A stretch of 52,208 bases of DNA from an uncultured Treponema sp. (GTDB lineage: Bacteria; Bacillota_I; Bacilli_A; Acholeplasmatales; Anaeroplasmataceae): the NCBI GenBank assembly GCA_963633325.1, contig CAVGYR010000001.1, positions 1 to 52,208 on the forward strand, written 5' to 3'. The stretch's first letter is position 1. Each line of letters opens with the position of its first letter. The notes below the pieces were generated by a model. That model worked only from the letters and a program-made list of their open reading frames with translations, was not told where the DNA came from and searched no databases. Position numbers and translations under genes: made by a program. Below are positions 9,056 through 18,178 of the stretch, in pieces.

Positions 9056-9883
9056 ATGAAAACAAATTCAATTAAGTTTGGTGCGAGTGTAGTAGTTAGT
9101 GGTCAGAAGAGTGCAGTAGTTAATGCAAAGCCAGAGTTGATTGCTCTTACAACTAAGGGTGGTTTTATGATTACTTCTCCAGTTTCAAAGCGTCTTGGTA
9201 TTGCTCCTGGTGAGAACATTATGTTTGTTAATACTATTGCATCTGTAGAGCAGGCTATCGCTACTAATCATCCTGATGTTGTTGCTTATGCACAGGAAAA
9301 TGGTATTGATATGGAATCTTATGAGGGTCATAAGCAGTTGGTATCTGATTTGGCTACTTGGTATATCGCTAAGGCTTATGCTAAGAAAGATAAGAATGGT
9401 GAGCCACTTAGTGCAGTAGTTCGTGTTTCTTCTAAGGAGAAAGCTGCTTATTTGGCTGAGCATATTGATGAGTTTGTAGCTGAAAATCGTGAGGAGTTGA
9501 TTGCTGCTCATAAACTTGATGCTACTGCTTCTGATGAGGATATTAAGAAGGTTGTAACTGTAGACGATGTTGCATCTCCTACAACTGTTGCTTATGAGGG
9601 TGCTAAGACTGCTGCAAGTTCTTCTGCTACAGGTGTTGGTTTGAAGTTGACATTCTCTGATTCTTCTACTTGGGATACTCTTAAGGATGGTATTGATGAG
9701 GATAGTCGTCTTAAGGTTAAGCGTGTATTTAAGGTTTGCCTTGATGATGCAGAAGTAATTGAGGTACCTAATGGTAATTCTACTGAAAAGGTAACTATCT
9801 ATCCTATCGAGTTTGTTTCTGATGAAGAAATCTCTTCTAAGACTAAGGATACAGATGTAGAAGCTACTTCAACTGAGGATTAA
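9056..9883 (+). CDS. acidic protein of unknown function, probably highly expressed (possible AbrB/SpoVT-like N-terminus)
   Basis: 275-aa ORF with codon usage visibly different from its neighbours (aag, gag, cag, gct, ggt, gtt, cgt preferred). It has its own upstream TTAACAATTTAAA motif and a strong terminator. ITSPVSKRLGIAPGENIMF resembles the AbrB-type looped-hairpin motif. Confidence 0.6.
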   Translation: MKTNSIKFGASVVVSGQKSAVVNAKPELIALTTKGGFMITSPVSKRLGIAPGENIMFVNTIASVEQAIATNHPDVVAYAQENGIDMESYEGHKQLVSDLATWYIAKAYAKKDKNGEPLSAVVRVSSKEKAAYLAEHIDEFVAENREELIAAHKLDATASDEDIKKVVTVDDVASPTTVAYEGAKTAASSSATGVGLKLTFSDSSTWDTLKDGIDEDSRLKVKRVFKVCLDDAEVIEVPNGNSTEKVTIYPIEFVSDEEISSKTKDTDVEATSTED

Positions 9884-9912
9884 TAAGTTCATTCATTAAC
9901 AAATGCTTTATA

Positions 9913-9941
9913 GGGAGTGATTAGTAATCACTCCCTTTTTT
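9913..9941 (+). terminator. rho-independent terminator
   Basis: Perfect 10-bp stem GGGAGTGATT/AATCACTCCC with a 3-nt loop, followed by TTTTTT, 30 nt after the stop at 9883. Confidence 0.8.
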
Positions 9942-9979
9942 ATCAAAATTAATAACAATATAAAAAATTCAATTGAATT

Positions 9980-10945
9980 ATGGTAAACACTAAAGAAAAT
10001 GCAGTAGTTGCAAATGCTGCTAAGAAACATCGTAGAGGTATTACTAATAACACTGTTGCTGTTAGTCAGCTAAAATTTGATGAAAAAGATGCTGCTCGTA
10101 ATGGTTTGTTTATTGCCACATTGGAAAATGTATCTGTAGAATGGTCACAAAATGCAGAAGCAAAAATGTTTACAGGTTTGCGTATGCCTAGATTGGTATT
10201 TGAATTTACTAGTACTCATAGTAATCCAAAAGAACGTAGACATGTATATCAAACTTTATTCCCAGTAGAAAGCAATGTTGATACTATTCCTGGCGGTAAA
10301 AGTGCATGGCAAGTAGATAATGTTCTTAATTATGCAAAGCATTTCCTTGACGTATTTTATCTTAAAGGTCGAGAATTGACTCCTGAAGAGGAAGATATGT
10401 TGGCTATTGATGTAGATGATTATTCTGAAGACGAGAATGGTAATATTGAATATAAAGCAGTAGATCCAGAAAAGGTTCTTGAAGGATATCGTACATTGTT
10501 TGAGAATGTTGCTATGATGATGAATGGTCAACTTAATCTTGCTGATAATGAGACTGCTAAACCTTGTTATAAAACTTCAGATGGTAAGCCTATTCAGTGT
10601 TGGATTAAACTTATTCGTTGTATTCGTAATAAGGACGGTAAATGGCGTTCTGTTGTAAATAAGAATCAGGATTTAGGATTTCCAACATTCCTTGGTTCAG
10701 GTGTAGTAGAACTTGTAAAGGGAAGTGGTGCTAATCTTCAGATGCCATCTATAGTTAGACTTGATTTGGCTAAAGAATCTATTACTCCAAAGAAGCTTGA
10801 AGAAGCTCCATCTATTGGTATTCCAAATATGAATAATCCTATGGGTGCAGGTGCTATGATTGTTCCTGGTGCAATGAATGGATTCGATAATGGTTCTAAC
10901 GATAATGCAGCATTTGCTGGTGCAGCTGAAGATATGCCATTTTAA
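9980..10945 (+). CDS. ssb: single-stranded DNA-binding protein (atypical, long)
   Basis: The C-terminus is a Gly/Asn/Met/Pro/Ala-rich disordered tail ending in AAEDMPF, matching the acidic D-x-P-F tip of bacterial and phage SSBs. It has expression-type codon usage and its own terminator. Confidence 0.6.
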   Translation: MVNTKENAVVANAAKKHRRGITNNTVAVSQLKFDEKDAARNGLFIATLENVSVEWSQNAEAKMFTGLRMPRLVFEFTSTHSNPKERRHVYQTLFPVESNVDTIPGGKSAWQVDNVLNYAKHFLDVFYLKGRELTPEEEDMLAIDVDDYSEDENGNIEYKAVDPEKVLEGYRTLFENVAMMMNGQLNLADNETAKPCYKTSDGKPIQCWIKLIRCIRNKDGKWRSVVNKNQDLGFPTFLGSGVVELVKGSGANLQMPSIVRLDLAKESITPKKLEEAPSIGIPNMNNPMGAGAMIVPGAMNGFDNGSNDNAAFAGAAEDMPF

Positions 10946-10980
10946 TATGTAATTGTTGTTAGTGCTAATGGTTTATGTAG

Positions 10981-11018
10981 GGGTAACTTTAGATATAAAT
11001 TCTAAGGTTACCCTTTTT
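10981..11018 (+). terminator. rho-independent terminator
   Basis: 10-bp stem GGGTAACTTT/AAGGTTACCC (one G-U pair) with a 13-nt loop, followed by TTTTT. Confidence 0.7.
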
Positions 11019-11030
11019 ATTATATCTATT

Positions 11031-12263
11031 ATGAAACGTAATGTAAATACATCTAAGCTTACTAAAGAGTTTATTGAATCTAGAATTAGTCAAGAACAAA
11101 TTGTAAGTAAATATTTAAATATACCTATAGATACAGTTAAAGACTGTATCGAGTATAATCATTTAATCAAATCTGTATTTAGAGATGATGATACTGATGG
11201 AAGCATGGGCATTACTTATAATAAAAAAGGTAGACTTAAAGTTAGAGATTTTGGTGGTAGTGGTTTCTTTGAAGATGTATATGGAGTTGTTGCTTATGTT
11301 TTAAGTATAATATACGAAAGACCTATTAGTACAAACAATAAACGAGATTTTTATTTTATTCTTACTCATATTTATAGAACATTTAGTGATGCTATTGATA
11401 ATAGAATTTATCAAAATCAACTAGATGTAAATATACAAAATGCTATAAATAAAGGTAAAAATAAGAAATCTATTATAGAAATAGTTCCTAGAAGTTGGAA
11501 TAAAGATGATAAAGAATATTGGAATAAATTAGGTATAGATTTAGGTTATCTTAATACCCATTTTGTAATACCTGTTGAACAATATTACATTAATCGTCTT
11601 GTTTATAATGAACCAAAATATTATTATAAACAATCTGACCCTTGTTATGCCTATATGTTAGGAGTTAATAAAGAAGGTATATATCTTATTAAACTTTATT
11701 TTCCAAAACGTAATAGACATATTGAATTAAAGTTTATAACTAATTGTAATGTTCTAGAAGGACTTCCTAATTTAGAAAGAAATGATTATGATTATATAAT
11801 TATAACTAAATCTAGTAAAGATAGATTAAGCATTGGTAGTCATTTATCATTACAACCTTTCTACGGGGCGGTTGGAAATAAACTTAATATTGGAATTATA
11901 AATCTTCCTAGTGAAAATTATAGATTAAAATCTAATGAATATATATGGTTAAAGAAAAAATTAAATGAAAATGGTTTAATTATAAGTCTATTGGATTTTG
12001 ATGCTACTGGTAGAAATGGAGCAAAATATCTTTTAGAAACATATAATATTCCATATATATTTATTACTAGAGGCGAATTTGGATTAGAAAATTATTCTGA
12101 TTGCAAAGATTTTGCCGAATTACATAATAAGTACACAAAAGAAGAAATTAATCAATTTATTAAAGAAACTATTAAATATGTCGAACTACAATTCAGAAAT
12201 AAAGAAATATGTGATACCAATGCCTATAGTAGATTGCTTTCAGAGTTTGATTTGCCATACTGA
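11031..12263 (+). CDS. DNA primase-like protein with Toprim-type DxD motif
   Basis: LLDFDATGRNGAKYL resembles the Toprim DxD/AG segment of DnaG-type primases. The start is set at the ATG at 11031 (MKRNVNTSKL) because the ORF-track start at 10953 runs through the terminator hairpin. Confidence 0.45.
   Translation: MKRNVNTSKLTKEFIESRISQEQIVSKYLNIPIDTVKDCIEYNHLIKSVFRDDDTDGSMGITYNKKGRLKVRDFGGSGFFEDVYGVVAYVLSIIYERPISTNNKRDFYFILTHIYRTFSDAIDNRIYQNQLDVNIQNAINKGKNKKSIIEIVPRSWNKDDKEYWNKLGIDLGYLNTHFVIPVEQYYINRLVYNEPKYYYKQSDPCYAYMLGVNKEGIYLIKLYFPKRNRHIELKFITNCNVLEGLPNLERNDYDYIIITKSSKDRLSIGSHLSLQPFYGAVGNKLNIGIINLPSENYRLKSNEYIWLKKKLNENGLIISLLDFDATGRNGAKYLLETYNIPYIFITRGEFGLENYSDCKDFAELHNKYTKEEINQFIKETIKYVELQFRNKEICDTNAYSRLLSEFDLPY
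11856..11868 (-). repeat. GC-rich dispersed motif copy 4 (CCTTTCTACGGGG on + strand, 2 mismatches)
   Basis: Read directly. Inside the primase-like CDS, translated FYGA, a different frame from the other copies. Confidence 0.6.
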
Positions 12264-12654
12264 ATATAAAGGTAATCATCAAGATTGTAATCGTATTGTT
12301 ATAGGAGCATTAACAGATAAAGAGGAAAGAAAATTAGACAATAAAGAACCAATAATTGTATATTTTGGTAGTAGAAATATTAAAATTACAAGTGCAAATT
12401 TAATTTGTTATGGAGATGTAGATTTTAGTACAAACAGTTCTGATTATAAACAAGTTGCAAGGCTTATAAAGAACGACGATATAGTAATTCATATTCCAGC
12501 TAATTATAATTATGATTTACATTGTGCATTTAGTCCTATAAAATCATATCAAACTACCGAAACTACAAATATTAGTAAAATAGTTCAATATTTTCATGGT
12601 AGATTAGGTAAACCTAAAAAAATAATAATATTTAAGGAGCATATTGTAATATGA
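12178..12654 (+). CDS. hypothetical protein (start uncertain: 12112, 12178 or 12220)
   Basis: The ORF has no in-frame ATG downstream of the primase stop. All candidate starts lie inside the primase 3' end, in the +1 frame. Confidence 0.45.
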   Translation: MSNYNSEIKKYVIPMPIVDCFQSLICHTEYKGNHQDCNRIVIGALTDKEERKLDNKEPIIVYFGSRNIKITSANLICYGDVDFSTNSSDYKQVARLIKNDDIVIHIPANYNYDLHCAFSPIKSYQTTETTNISKIVQYFHGRLGKPKKIIIFKEHIVI

Positions 12655-13115
12655 GTAAATCTATAATTCCTTCTAAATATACAACACCTCTTGACGAATC
12701 AGATAAGAAAATGTGTATAAATCGAGTTTCACATAAAGATGTACATGATGTTATAAATGATGATTTAAATTTTTTAGATTGTAGTAGAATTATAAATGAT
12801 AAACGTATTATTCAAACGATAGATCATACTTATAAATATACTATAACTAAACTTATATTTATAATTAATCAATTTATACATGATGAATCTGAACGTGAAA
12901 TTTATTTTAATAAAATAAGAGAACTTCATAAACAAAATATAAATTATGAAAAAGAAAATATTCCTATAATATATGATAAGAAAAAAGTTAAAGCAGTTAA
13001 AACTACTACTAAAAAAGTAATTAAAGAAAAAGTGGTAAAAGACAAAGTTAAAAATGATGCTAAAGTTACTAGAGCTGCTTTTCTTAAAACATTGAAATTT
13101 AAAGTAAGTCTATGA
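12651..13115 (+). CDS. hypothetical protein with Lys-rich C-terminal tail
   Basis: 154-aa ORF, ATGA-coupled at both ends. The tail is KKKVKAVKTTTKKVIKEKVVKDKVK. Confidence 0.55.
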   Translation: MSKSIIPSKYTTPLDESDKKMCINRVSHKDVHDVINDDLNFLDCSRIINDKRIIQTIDHTYKYTITKLIFIINQFIHDESEREIYFNKIRELHKQNINYEKENIPIIYDKKKVKAVKTTTKKVIKEKVVKDKVKNDAKVTRAAFLKTLKFKVSL

Positions 13116-14308
13116 TATTATATAAAAGAAACGCTAAAAATTCACCAATATATTGGTCTATTGATGAAATATCAAACGGAGATATAAATATATCATATGG
13201 TGTGTTAGGAGGTAATCCTCACAATGAAACTATTTTAAAACGTTTGATTAAAGCCAATGAAGTAGAATCTAGAATTAAAGCTAAACGTAAGGAAGGTTAT
13301 AAACAATTATCTGAAATTAAAGATAATGCTCCAATGGATATTAGAGATAATCTTAGTTTAATTAATTTTCTTAATAATTATCTTCCTAAAAATAATACAA
13401 CTAGTGATGGATTTGTACTTCCAATGCTTGCTAAAGTTCTCAAAGATAATAAACCATTTATTAAATCTACATATTTTGGACAATATAAAATAAATGGTGT
13501 AAGATGTCTTATAGGTGCTGAACAAAATCTTCAAGATATGTTTACACCTATTAGATTAACTTATCATTCTAGAGAAGGAACAGATTGGACTGATAAACTT
13601 TATTGGATGGATGAAATAATTCTTCCTGCAATTAAATCTGATTTATTAGACGCAATGATAGATGAAGGTGCTCAATTAGATGGAGAACTTTATGTACCTG
13701 GTCAATCAGTTAATAATATTAATTCATTTGTAAAAAATACTACTCTTCCTCAACATACTCAACTTCAATATTGGTGTTATGATATTAGTATTGATAATAT
13801 GAGTTATGAAAGTAGAAAGAAGTTTAAAACTGAAAATATTAGTAGATTAGCTTATACATTTGATACTTATGGACAACACTTGAATAATAAATCTCAATTA
13901 GTTTTATTACCAGATATAGAAGTATCTTCTATTATTGATGCTACTAGGTTTAGAGATAAGTTTATTAATTTAGGATTTGAAGGTCTTATACTAAGAGATG
14001 TTTCTGCTGAATATCAATTTGGTAAACGTAATTCTGCAATGTTTAAATATAAACGTGTAGATGATGCTAAATTTCTAATAATAGACATTGTTCCTGAAGG
14101 AGTTAGAACTAATCTTTGTAAATTCATTTTACAAAATGATATTAATACTGAACAATTTGAATGTACTATAAATGCAGACCATAGCAGACAAGAATATATA
14201 CTTAAAAATAAAGAAAAATATTTAGGTAAATTTGCTTTTGTTGAATTTCGTGAACGTAGTGGAATTAAACAAGTTCCATTTCATGCAAAAGTTATAAAAG
14301 TAGAATAA
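13112..14308 (+). CDS. lig: ATP-dependent DNA ligase
   Basis: Nucleotidyltransferase motif I KINGVR (adenylated Lys), motif III LDGELY, motif IV EGLILR and motif V MFKYKR, plus an OB-like C-terminal region. Confidence 0.85.
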   Translation: MILYKRNAKNSPIYWSIDEISNGDINISYGVLGGNPHNETILKRLIKANEVESRIKAKRKEGYKQLSEIKDNAPMDIRDNLSLINFLNNYLPKNNTTSDGFVLPMLAKVLKDNKPFIKSTYFGQYKINGVRCLIGAEQNLQDMFTPIRLTYHSREGTDWTDKLYWMDEIILPAIKSDLLDAMIDEGAQLDGELYVPGQSVNNINSFVKNTTLPQHTQLQYWCYDISIDNMSYESRKKFKTENISRLAYTFDTYGQHLNNKSQLVLLPDIEVSSIIDATRFRDKFINLGFEGLILRDVSAEYQFGKRNSAMFKYKRVDDAKFLIIDIVPEGVRTNLCKFILQNDINTEQFECTINADHSRQEYILKNKEKYLGKFAFVEFRERSGIKQVPFHAKVIKVE

Positions 14309-14311
14309 TTT

Positions 14312-14668
14312 ATGAATATTGTTGCATATGATACTATAAAAAGAAATATAAATAAAGATAAAACTTGGATTTCTGTTAAATATAAACGTATATTAAGTAA
14401 AGAAATCAAATACAGAAAATATTATACTCTTTTAAAAAAATACAATCTTCAAACAAATAGAGAATATTTTTATTTAGCTTGTTCTGATAATATTTTTCGT
14501 GATAGTAAAACAGAATGTACTAATCTTGATAATTTTGGAAGATGTAGATTTAATATTGGTAGTATATGGAGAAAAAGTTATTTAAGTGATATTGAAAATG
14601 ATATGAATATTCATATTAAACTTGTAAATAAACAAGATGATGGAGAAATATATTGTTTAGATATTTAA
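14312..14668 (+). CDS. hypothetical protein
   Basis: 118-aa ORF, last gene before a hairpin and a 335-nt gap. Confidence 0.5.
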   Translation: MNIVAYDTIKRNINKDKTWISVKYKRILSKEIKYRKYYTLLKKYNLQTNREYFYLACSDNIFRDSKTECTNLDNFGRCRFNIGSIWRKSYLSDIENDMNIHIKLVNKQDDGEIYCLDI

Positions 14669-14672
14669 TAAT

Positions 14673-14700
14673 AAGTCGGCTATTAATTTAGTCGACTTTT
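14673..14700 (+). terminator. probable terminator hairpin
   Basis: 8-bp stem AAGTCGGC/GTCGACTT (one G-U pair) with a 10-nt loop and a short T run, 5 nt after the stop at 14668. Confidence 0.45.
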
Positions 14701-14713
14701 ATTATGTCTCCCT

Positions 14714-14726
14714 TCCTGTAGAAGAG
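14714..14726 (+). repeat. GC-rich dispersed motif copy 5 (TCCTGTAGAAGAG, 2 mismatches; GTAGAAGAGTATA identical to copy 3)
   Basis: Read directly. Intergenic. Confidence 0.5.
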
Positions 14727-15003
14727 TATAATTATCTGTTTATTTGATTTCTGTTGAATTATTTATATATAAACAATTAATTAATCAGTAATCAAATAAA
14801 AATAGTTTATACTCAAAATTTATACATACAAAATATAATCTTATCTGTATATGAATAATTATGATTTTAATCCTGAACCTGATGAGGGTTGCTTTCATTT
14901 TTTAATTAGAATTGTGTTCGCATTGGCTATAATATGTTGGTTTATTATTATATTTGTCGGCGGATGTGACCCGGGTTGTTATTAATGTTTTAAATCTAGA
15001 ATT

Positions 15004-16467
15004 ATGAACAAAACTAAAGTAGTAGGTGATAAACCTAAAAAACGTATTGCTCATGTATTTACTAAGTATGCTGGAATACATGAAGGTATTTATAGAGATG
15101 AACCTGGATGGTTTAATTCTTCTTATAAATCTTATTGTTTTGGCTATGGTTATTTCTTTAGAGGAGATGAATATATAGGCAAACGTCTTTCTCCTGAATA
15201 TATAAATGAAAATTGGAATAAACTTGATTGGAAAGGCGGTCTTAAACAAAGATGTATTGCATATATTGATAGAAAACGTAAAATAGCAGTTATATATAGA
15301 AATAGTGAATATTATTATAGTATTAAATCCAGTTTACCTCATGGATATAAGATATATGCTTTAACTGAACATATATCTATGCCTGATATTACGTCTGCAA
15401 TTAACAAAAGACATCTACTTAAAGCATATACTAGAACTCTTATTAAAGATTATCTTGATACATTCTATTATGATTATAGAATAACTAAAACAGATTGTAA
15501 ATGTAAAATATGTTATAATGATAATAGTTGGCATGTTGTAAATAGAGAAAATCTTAGAATAGAAATACTTGATTTGTATCGAAATAATAAAAATTATATT
15601 CCTTTAAATAAACCATTAGATGATTTTTATTATGTTCGAAATATAAAAGTAGATTTTCCATCTATTAAAACTATAAGTGATAATACATTATTTGATGATA
15701 ATGAAAAACATCTTATAGAAAAAGCTATATTCTATACCAAATATTGCTATAAAAAAGATGTTGCTTGGAAAGAAGTAGATAAACATTTTGATGAAGATAA
15801 ATGGAAAGATGAAATAATTGAATTTGAAAAAAGTGCAAATATAAGATTTGAAAATAAATGTAAAGAATTAGAACAACGTAATAGAAATAAATTCATAGAA
15901 AATTATAAATATGTAGATGAATGGAGAAGAGGTATTACAAGTAATTTAAATAAAGTAGCTACTGTTGTTAAAAATAGTAGTAATAGGACTGTTAAGAATG
16001 TTTATTATCCATATATTAGATATATGTTTCCTACTACTCAATTAAGAATTAAATCTAATAAACCTAATTGGATTGAAACTAGTAGAAATGCTATTGTATA
16101 TCTATATGATGCAATACGTATATTTAATCAATTATATACTGATTACATAATAAATGGAACATTAAATATAACATTTAATAATAAATATTATATTAATAAA
16201 TTTCAAATTACATCTTTAAGTTATTGTGAAAAATATGATGACATATTTAAACAATCATTAGGTGTATATGATTATAAAATTGTTATTGGGTGTCATACTT
16301 TATGGTTTGAAGATATAAAGAATTTTGCTAGATATTATAATCTTCAAAATTTACTTGTTTTTCCTCTTGATAAGGATATTGATACTTGTATAAAAGAAAA
16401 ATTAATATATTTAAATACCAATAAGACTATACAAGCTGTTGGTACAAGTGATGTATTAGATAAATAA
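15004..16467 (+). CDS. hypothetical protein
   Basis: 487-aa ORF, first gene after the 335-nt gap. No NTPase or nuclease motif recognised. Confidence 0.6.
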   Translation: MNKTKVVGDKPKKRIAHVFTKYAGIHEGIYRDEPGWFNSSYKSYCFGYGYFFRGDEYIGKRLSPEYINENWNKLDWKGGLKQRCIAYIDRKRKIAVIYRNSEYYYSIKSSLPHGYKIYALTEHISMPDITSAINKRHLLKAYTRTLIKDYLDTFYYDYRITKTDCKCKICYNDNSWHVVNRENLRIEILDLYRNNKNYIPLNKPLDDFYYVRNIKVDFPSIKTISDNTLFDDNEKHLIEKAIFYTKYCYKKDVAWKEVDKHFDEDKWKDEIIEFEKSANIRFENKCKELEQRNRNKFIENYKYVDEWRRGITSNLNKVATVVKNSSNRTVKNVYYPYIRYMFPTTQLRIKSNKPNWIETSRNAIVYLYDAIRIFNQLYTDYIINGTLNITFNNKYYINKFQITSLSYCEKYDDIFKQSLGVYDYKIVIGCHTLWFEDIKNFARYYNLQNLLVFPLDKDIDTCIKEKLIYLNTNKTIQAVGTSDVLDK

Positions 16468-16486
16468 AATTAAAATTGTAAATATT

Positions 16487-17062
16487 ATGACAACTGTAGA
16501 TTTAAATTATTGGAAACATAAACTTAAGGAAGTAGTTGAAGAAAAATATATTACTTCTGAAGTTGTAGCTCTTAGAGATGAGCAAAACAAATTGCTTAAT
16601 CTTATGGCTAAAAAGAACCATGATTATAACAATGCTTTTAATAAAGGTTGTGATGAATTAGGTATCAAGTATGGTTTAGCAAGATTATATGATAAAATTA
16701 ATAGACTTAATAATTGTATAAAACAAACTTTTATTGGTGACATAGATATAGCTATTAAAGATGAAAGTATGATTGATACAATAAAAGATTTGGCTAATTA
16801 TTGTACTATGATTCTTGCTTGGTTCAATGATTATATTAGTCATAAATACGAAACCATAACAGATAAAGTATTACATTATAATATGAATCTTGTATCAGAG
16901 TATGATCATTCTAATATAACATCAGAAATAGTAGAAGATTATGGAGTCGATTGTTTAGTAAAAGATAAAGATGGTTATGTATATAATCAGAATTCTGATG
17001 GAAATTATATATCTGTTACAGATAGAAAAGGTAATAATGTTATAGTTGAATTTAATAAATAA
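16487..17062 (+). CDS. DUF1599-like / nucleotide-metabolism-associated all-alpha protein, tentative
   Basis: KKNHDYNNAFNKGCDELGIKYGLARLYDKINRL matches my recollection of the KN-DYG...G...R..DK..R signature of DUF1599-type proteins. It sits directly upstream of thyX. Confidence 0.4.
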   Translation: MTTVDLNYWKHKLKEVVEEKYITSEVVALRDEQNKLLNLMAKKNHDYNNAFNKGCDELGIKYGLARLYDKINRLNNCIKQTFIGDIDIAIKDESMIDTIKDLANYCTMILAWFNDYISHKYETITDKVLHYNMNLVSEYDHSNITSEIVEDYGVDCLVKDKDGYVYNQNSDGNYISVTDRKGNNVIVEFNK

Positions 17063-17065
17063 ATT

Positions 17066-17950
17066 ATGATTAATATTGTAAATCCAAATGTAGAAATTTG
17101 GAAGCAAACAGGATTTGATTTAGATTCTATTTGGAAACATATAGCTAGATGTGCTAGAGTTTGTTATCAGAGTACTCCTAAAAATAATAATGAATCAGAT
17201 TATCAATTTTTAGTTAGAACCATATTTAAAGGAGTAGATGTGTTACATGAATCTTATAATGAACATTTTATGCTAAAAGTACATGGAAGTGTACTTGAAC
17301 ATGGGACTGTTCATTTAAGATTTCCATCTATTGTATTTAATAAATATAAAAATAATCATTATTCTGAAGTATATACTGATGAAAAATTTGATTATGTTAC
17401 CACAAATATGAGAGTTCTATTTGAAAATAGATGGTTTGATGATTTAAATTTTATAGATGAAGATGATAGTTTTAAATATTATGATAGAATTACTGTAAGT
17501 TTTATTACGGATATAGGTGTAAGTCGTGAATTAAATCGTCATAGAATTCATAGTATTAGTGAAGAAAGTACTAGATATTGTGCATATGATAAAGATAAAT
17601 TTGGTAATAATATATCTATTGTCAAACTTCCTTGGATTAAAGATGAACAATATCTTGAGTGTTTTCCTGAACATAATCGACTATTTGATTCTTGGAACGA
17701 TATTGATTGGTATTGTTATGCTATGGCTGTAGCCAATACTGTTTATAATAAACTTCGTAATCTTGGATGGACTGCTCAACAAGCTAGACAAGTTTTGCCT
17801 TTAAGTACTAAAACTCAAGTTGTTCATACTGCATTTAAATTTAATTGGCATCAATGGACAAATCTTAGATGTGATGAAGTCAGTGGTAAAGTTCATCCTT
17901 GTATGAAAGAAATAGCGAATAGACTTAAATCTTTATTGGAACATAAATAA
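17066..17950 (+). CDS. thyX: flavin-dependent thymidylate synthase ThyX
   Basis: The ThyX signature RHRxxSxxxxSxRY is present as RHRIHSISEESTRY. Confidence 0.85.
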   Translation: MINIVNPNVEIWKQTGFDLDSIWKHIARCARVCYQSTPKNNNESDYQFLVRTIFKGVDVLHESYNEHFMLKVHGSVLEHGTVHLRFPSIVFNKYKNNHYSEVYTDEKFDYVTTNMRVLFENRWFDDLNFIDEDDSFKYYDRITVSFITDIGVSRELNRHRIHSISEESTRYCAYDKDKFGNNISIVKLPWIKDEQYLECFPEHNRLFDSWNDIDWYCYAMAVANTVYNKLRNLGWTAQQARQVLPLSTKTQVVHTAFKFNWHQWTNLRCDEVSGKVHPCMKEIANRLKSLLEHK

Positions 17951-17956
17951 TATAAT

Positions 17957-18178
17957 ATGTGGATAAGTATATTAAATTATGCTACTGGTCAAATAGAAAT
18001 AGCAAATTTGGACAAGTACGAAAAAGAACATAAACATATCACTGAGCCTGATTATATTGCTTTGAATTGGATATCAGATAATGATATAAGATTATGTGAT
18101 GTTTATTATATGATAACAGATGATACACCTAATGTGTATAATCATAATACACAAACTAATTTAGATATTCCATTATGA
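17957..18178 (+). CDS. hypothetical protein
   Basis: 73-aa ORF, ATGA-coupled to the downstream gene. Confidence 0.45.
   Translation: MWISILNYATGQIEIANLDKYEKEHKHITEPDYIALNWISDNDIRLCDVYYMITDDTPNVYNHNTQTNLDIPL

Noticed and set aside
10953-11030. ORF-track N-terminal extension of the primase-like gene (TTG start at 10953). The same issue applies to the GTG start at 22150 and the ATG at 21010.
   Set aside because: The 10953 and 22150 extensions run through terminator hairpins (10981-11018, 22137-22169). The 21010 start overlaps the upstream gene by 26 nt, whereas the ATG at 21037 lies directly after its stop. I prefer the downstream ATGs.
14902-15249. 115-aa - strand ORF spanning the intergenic gap and the start of the 15004 gene
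   Set aside because: It overlaps the 5' end of the 487-aa + strand gene and the + strand micro-ORF. Its Ile/Phe-rich composition is typical of antisense reading, and it runs against the uniform orientation of the module.
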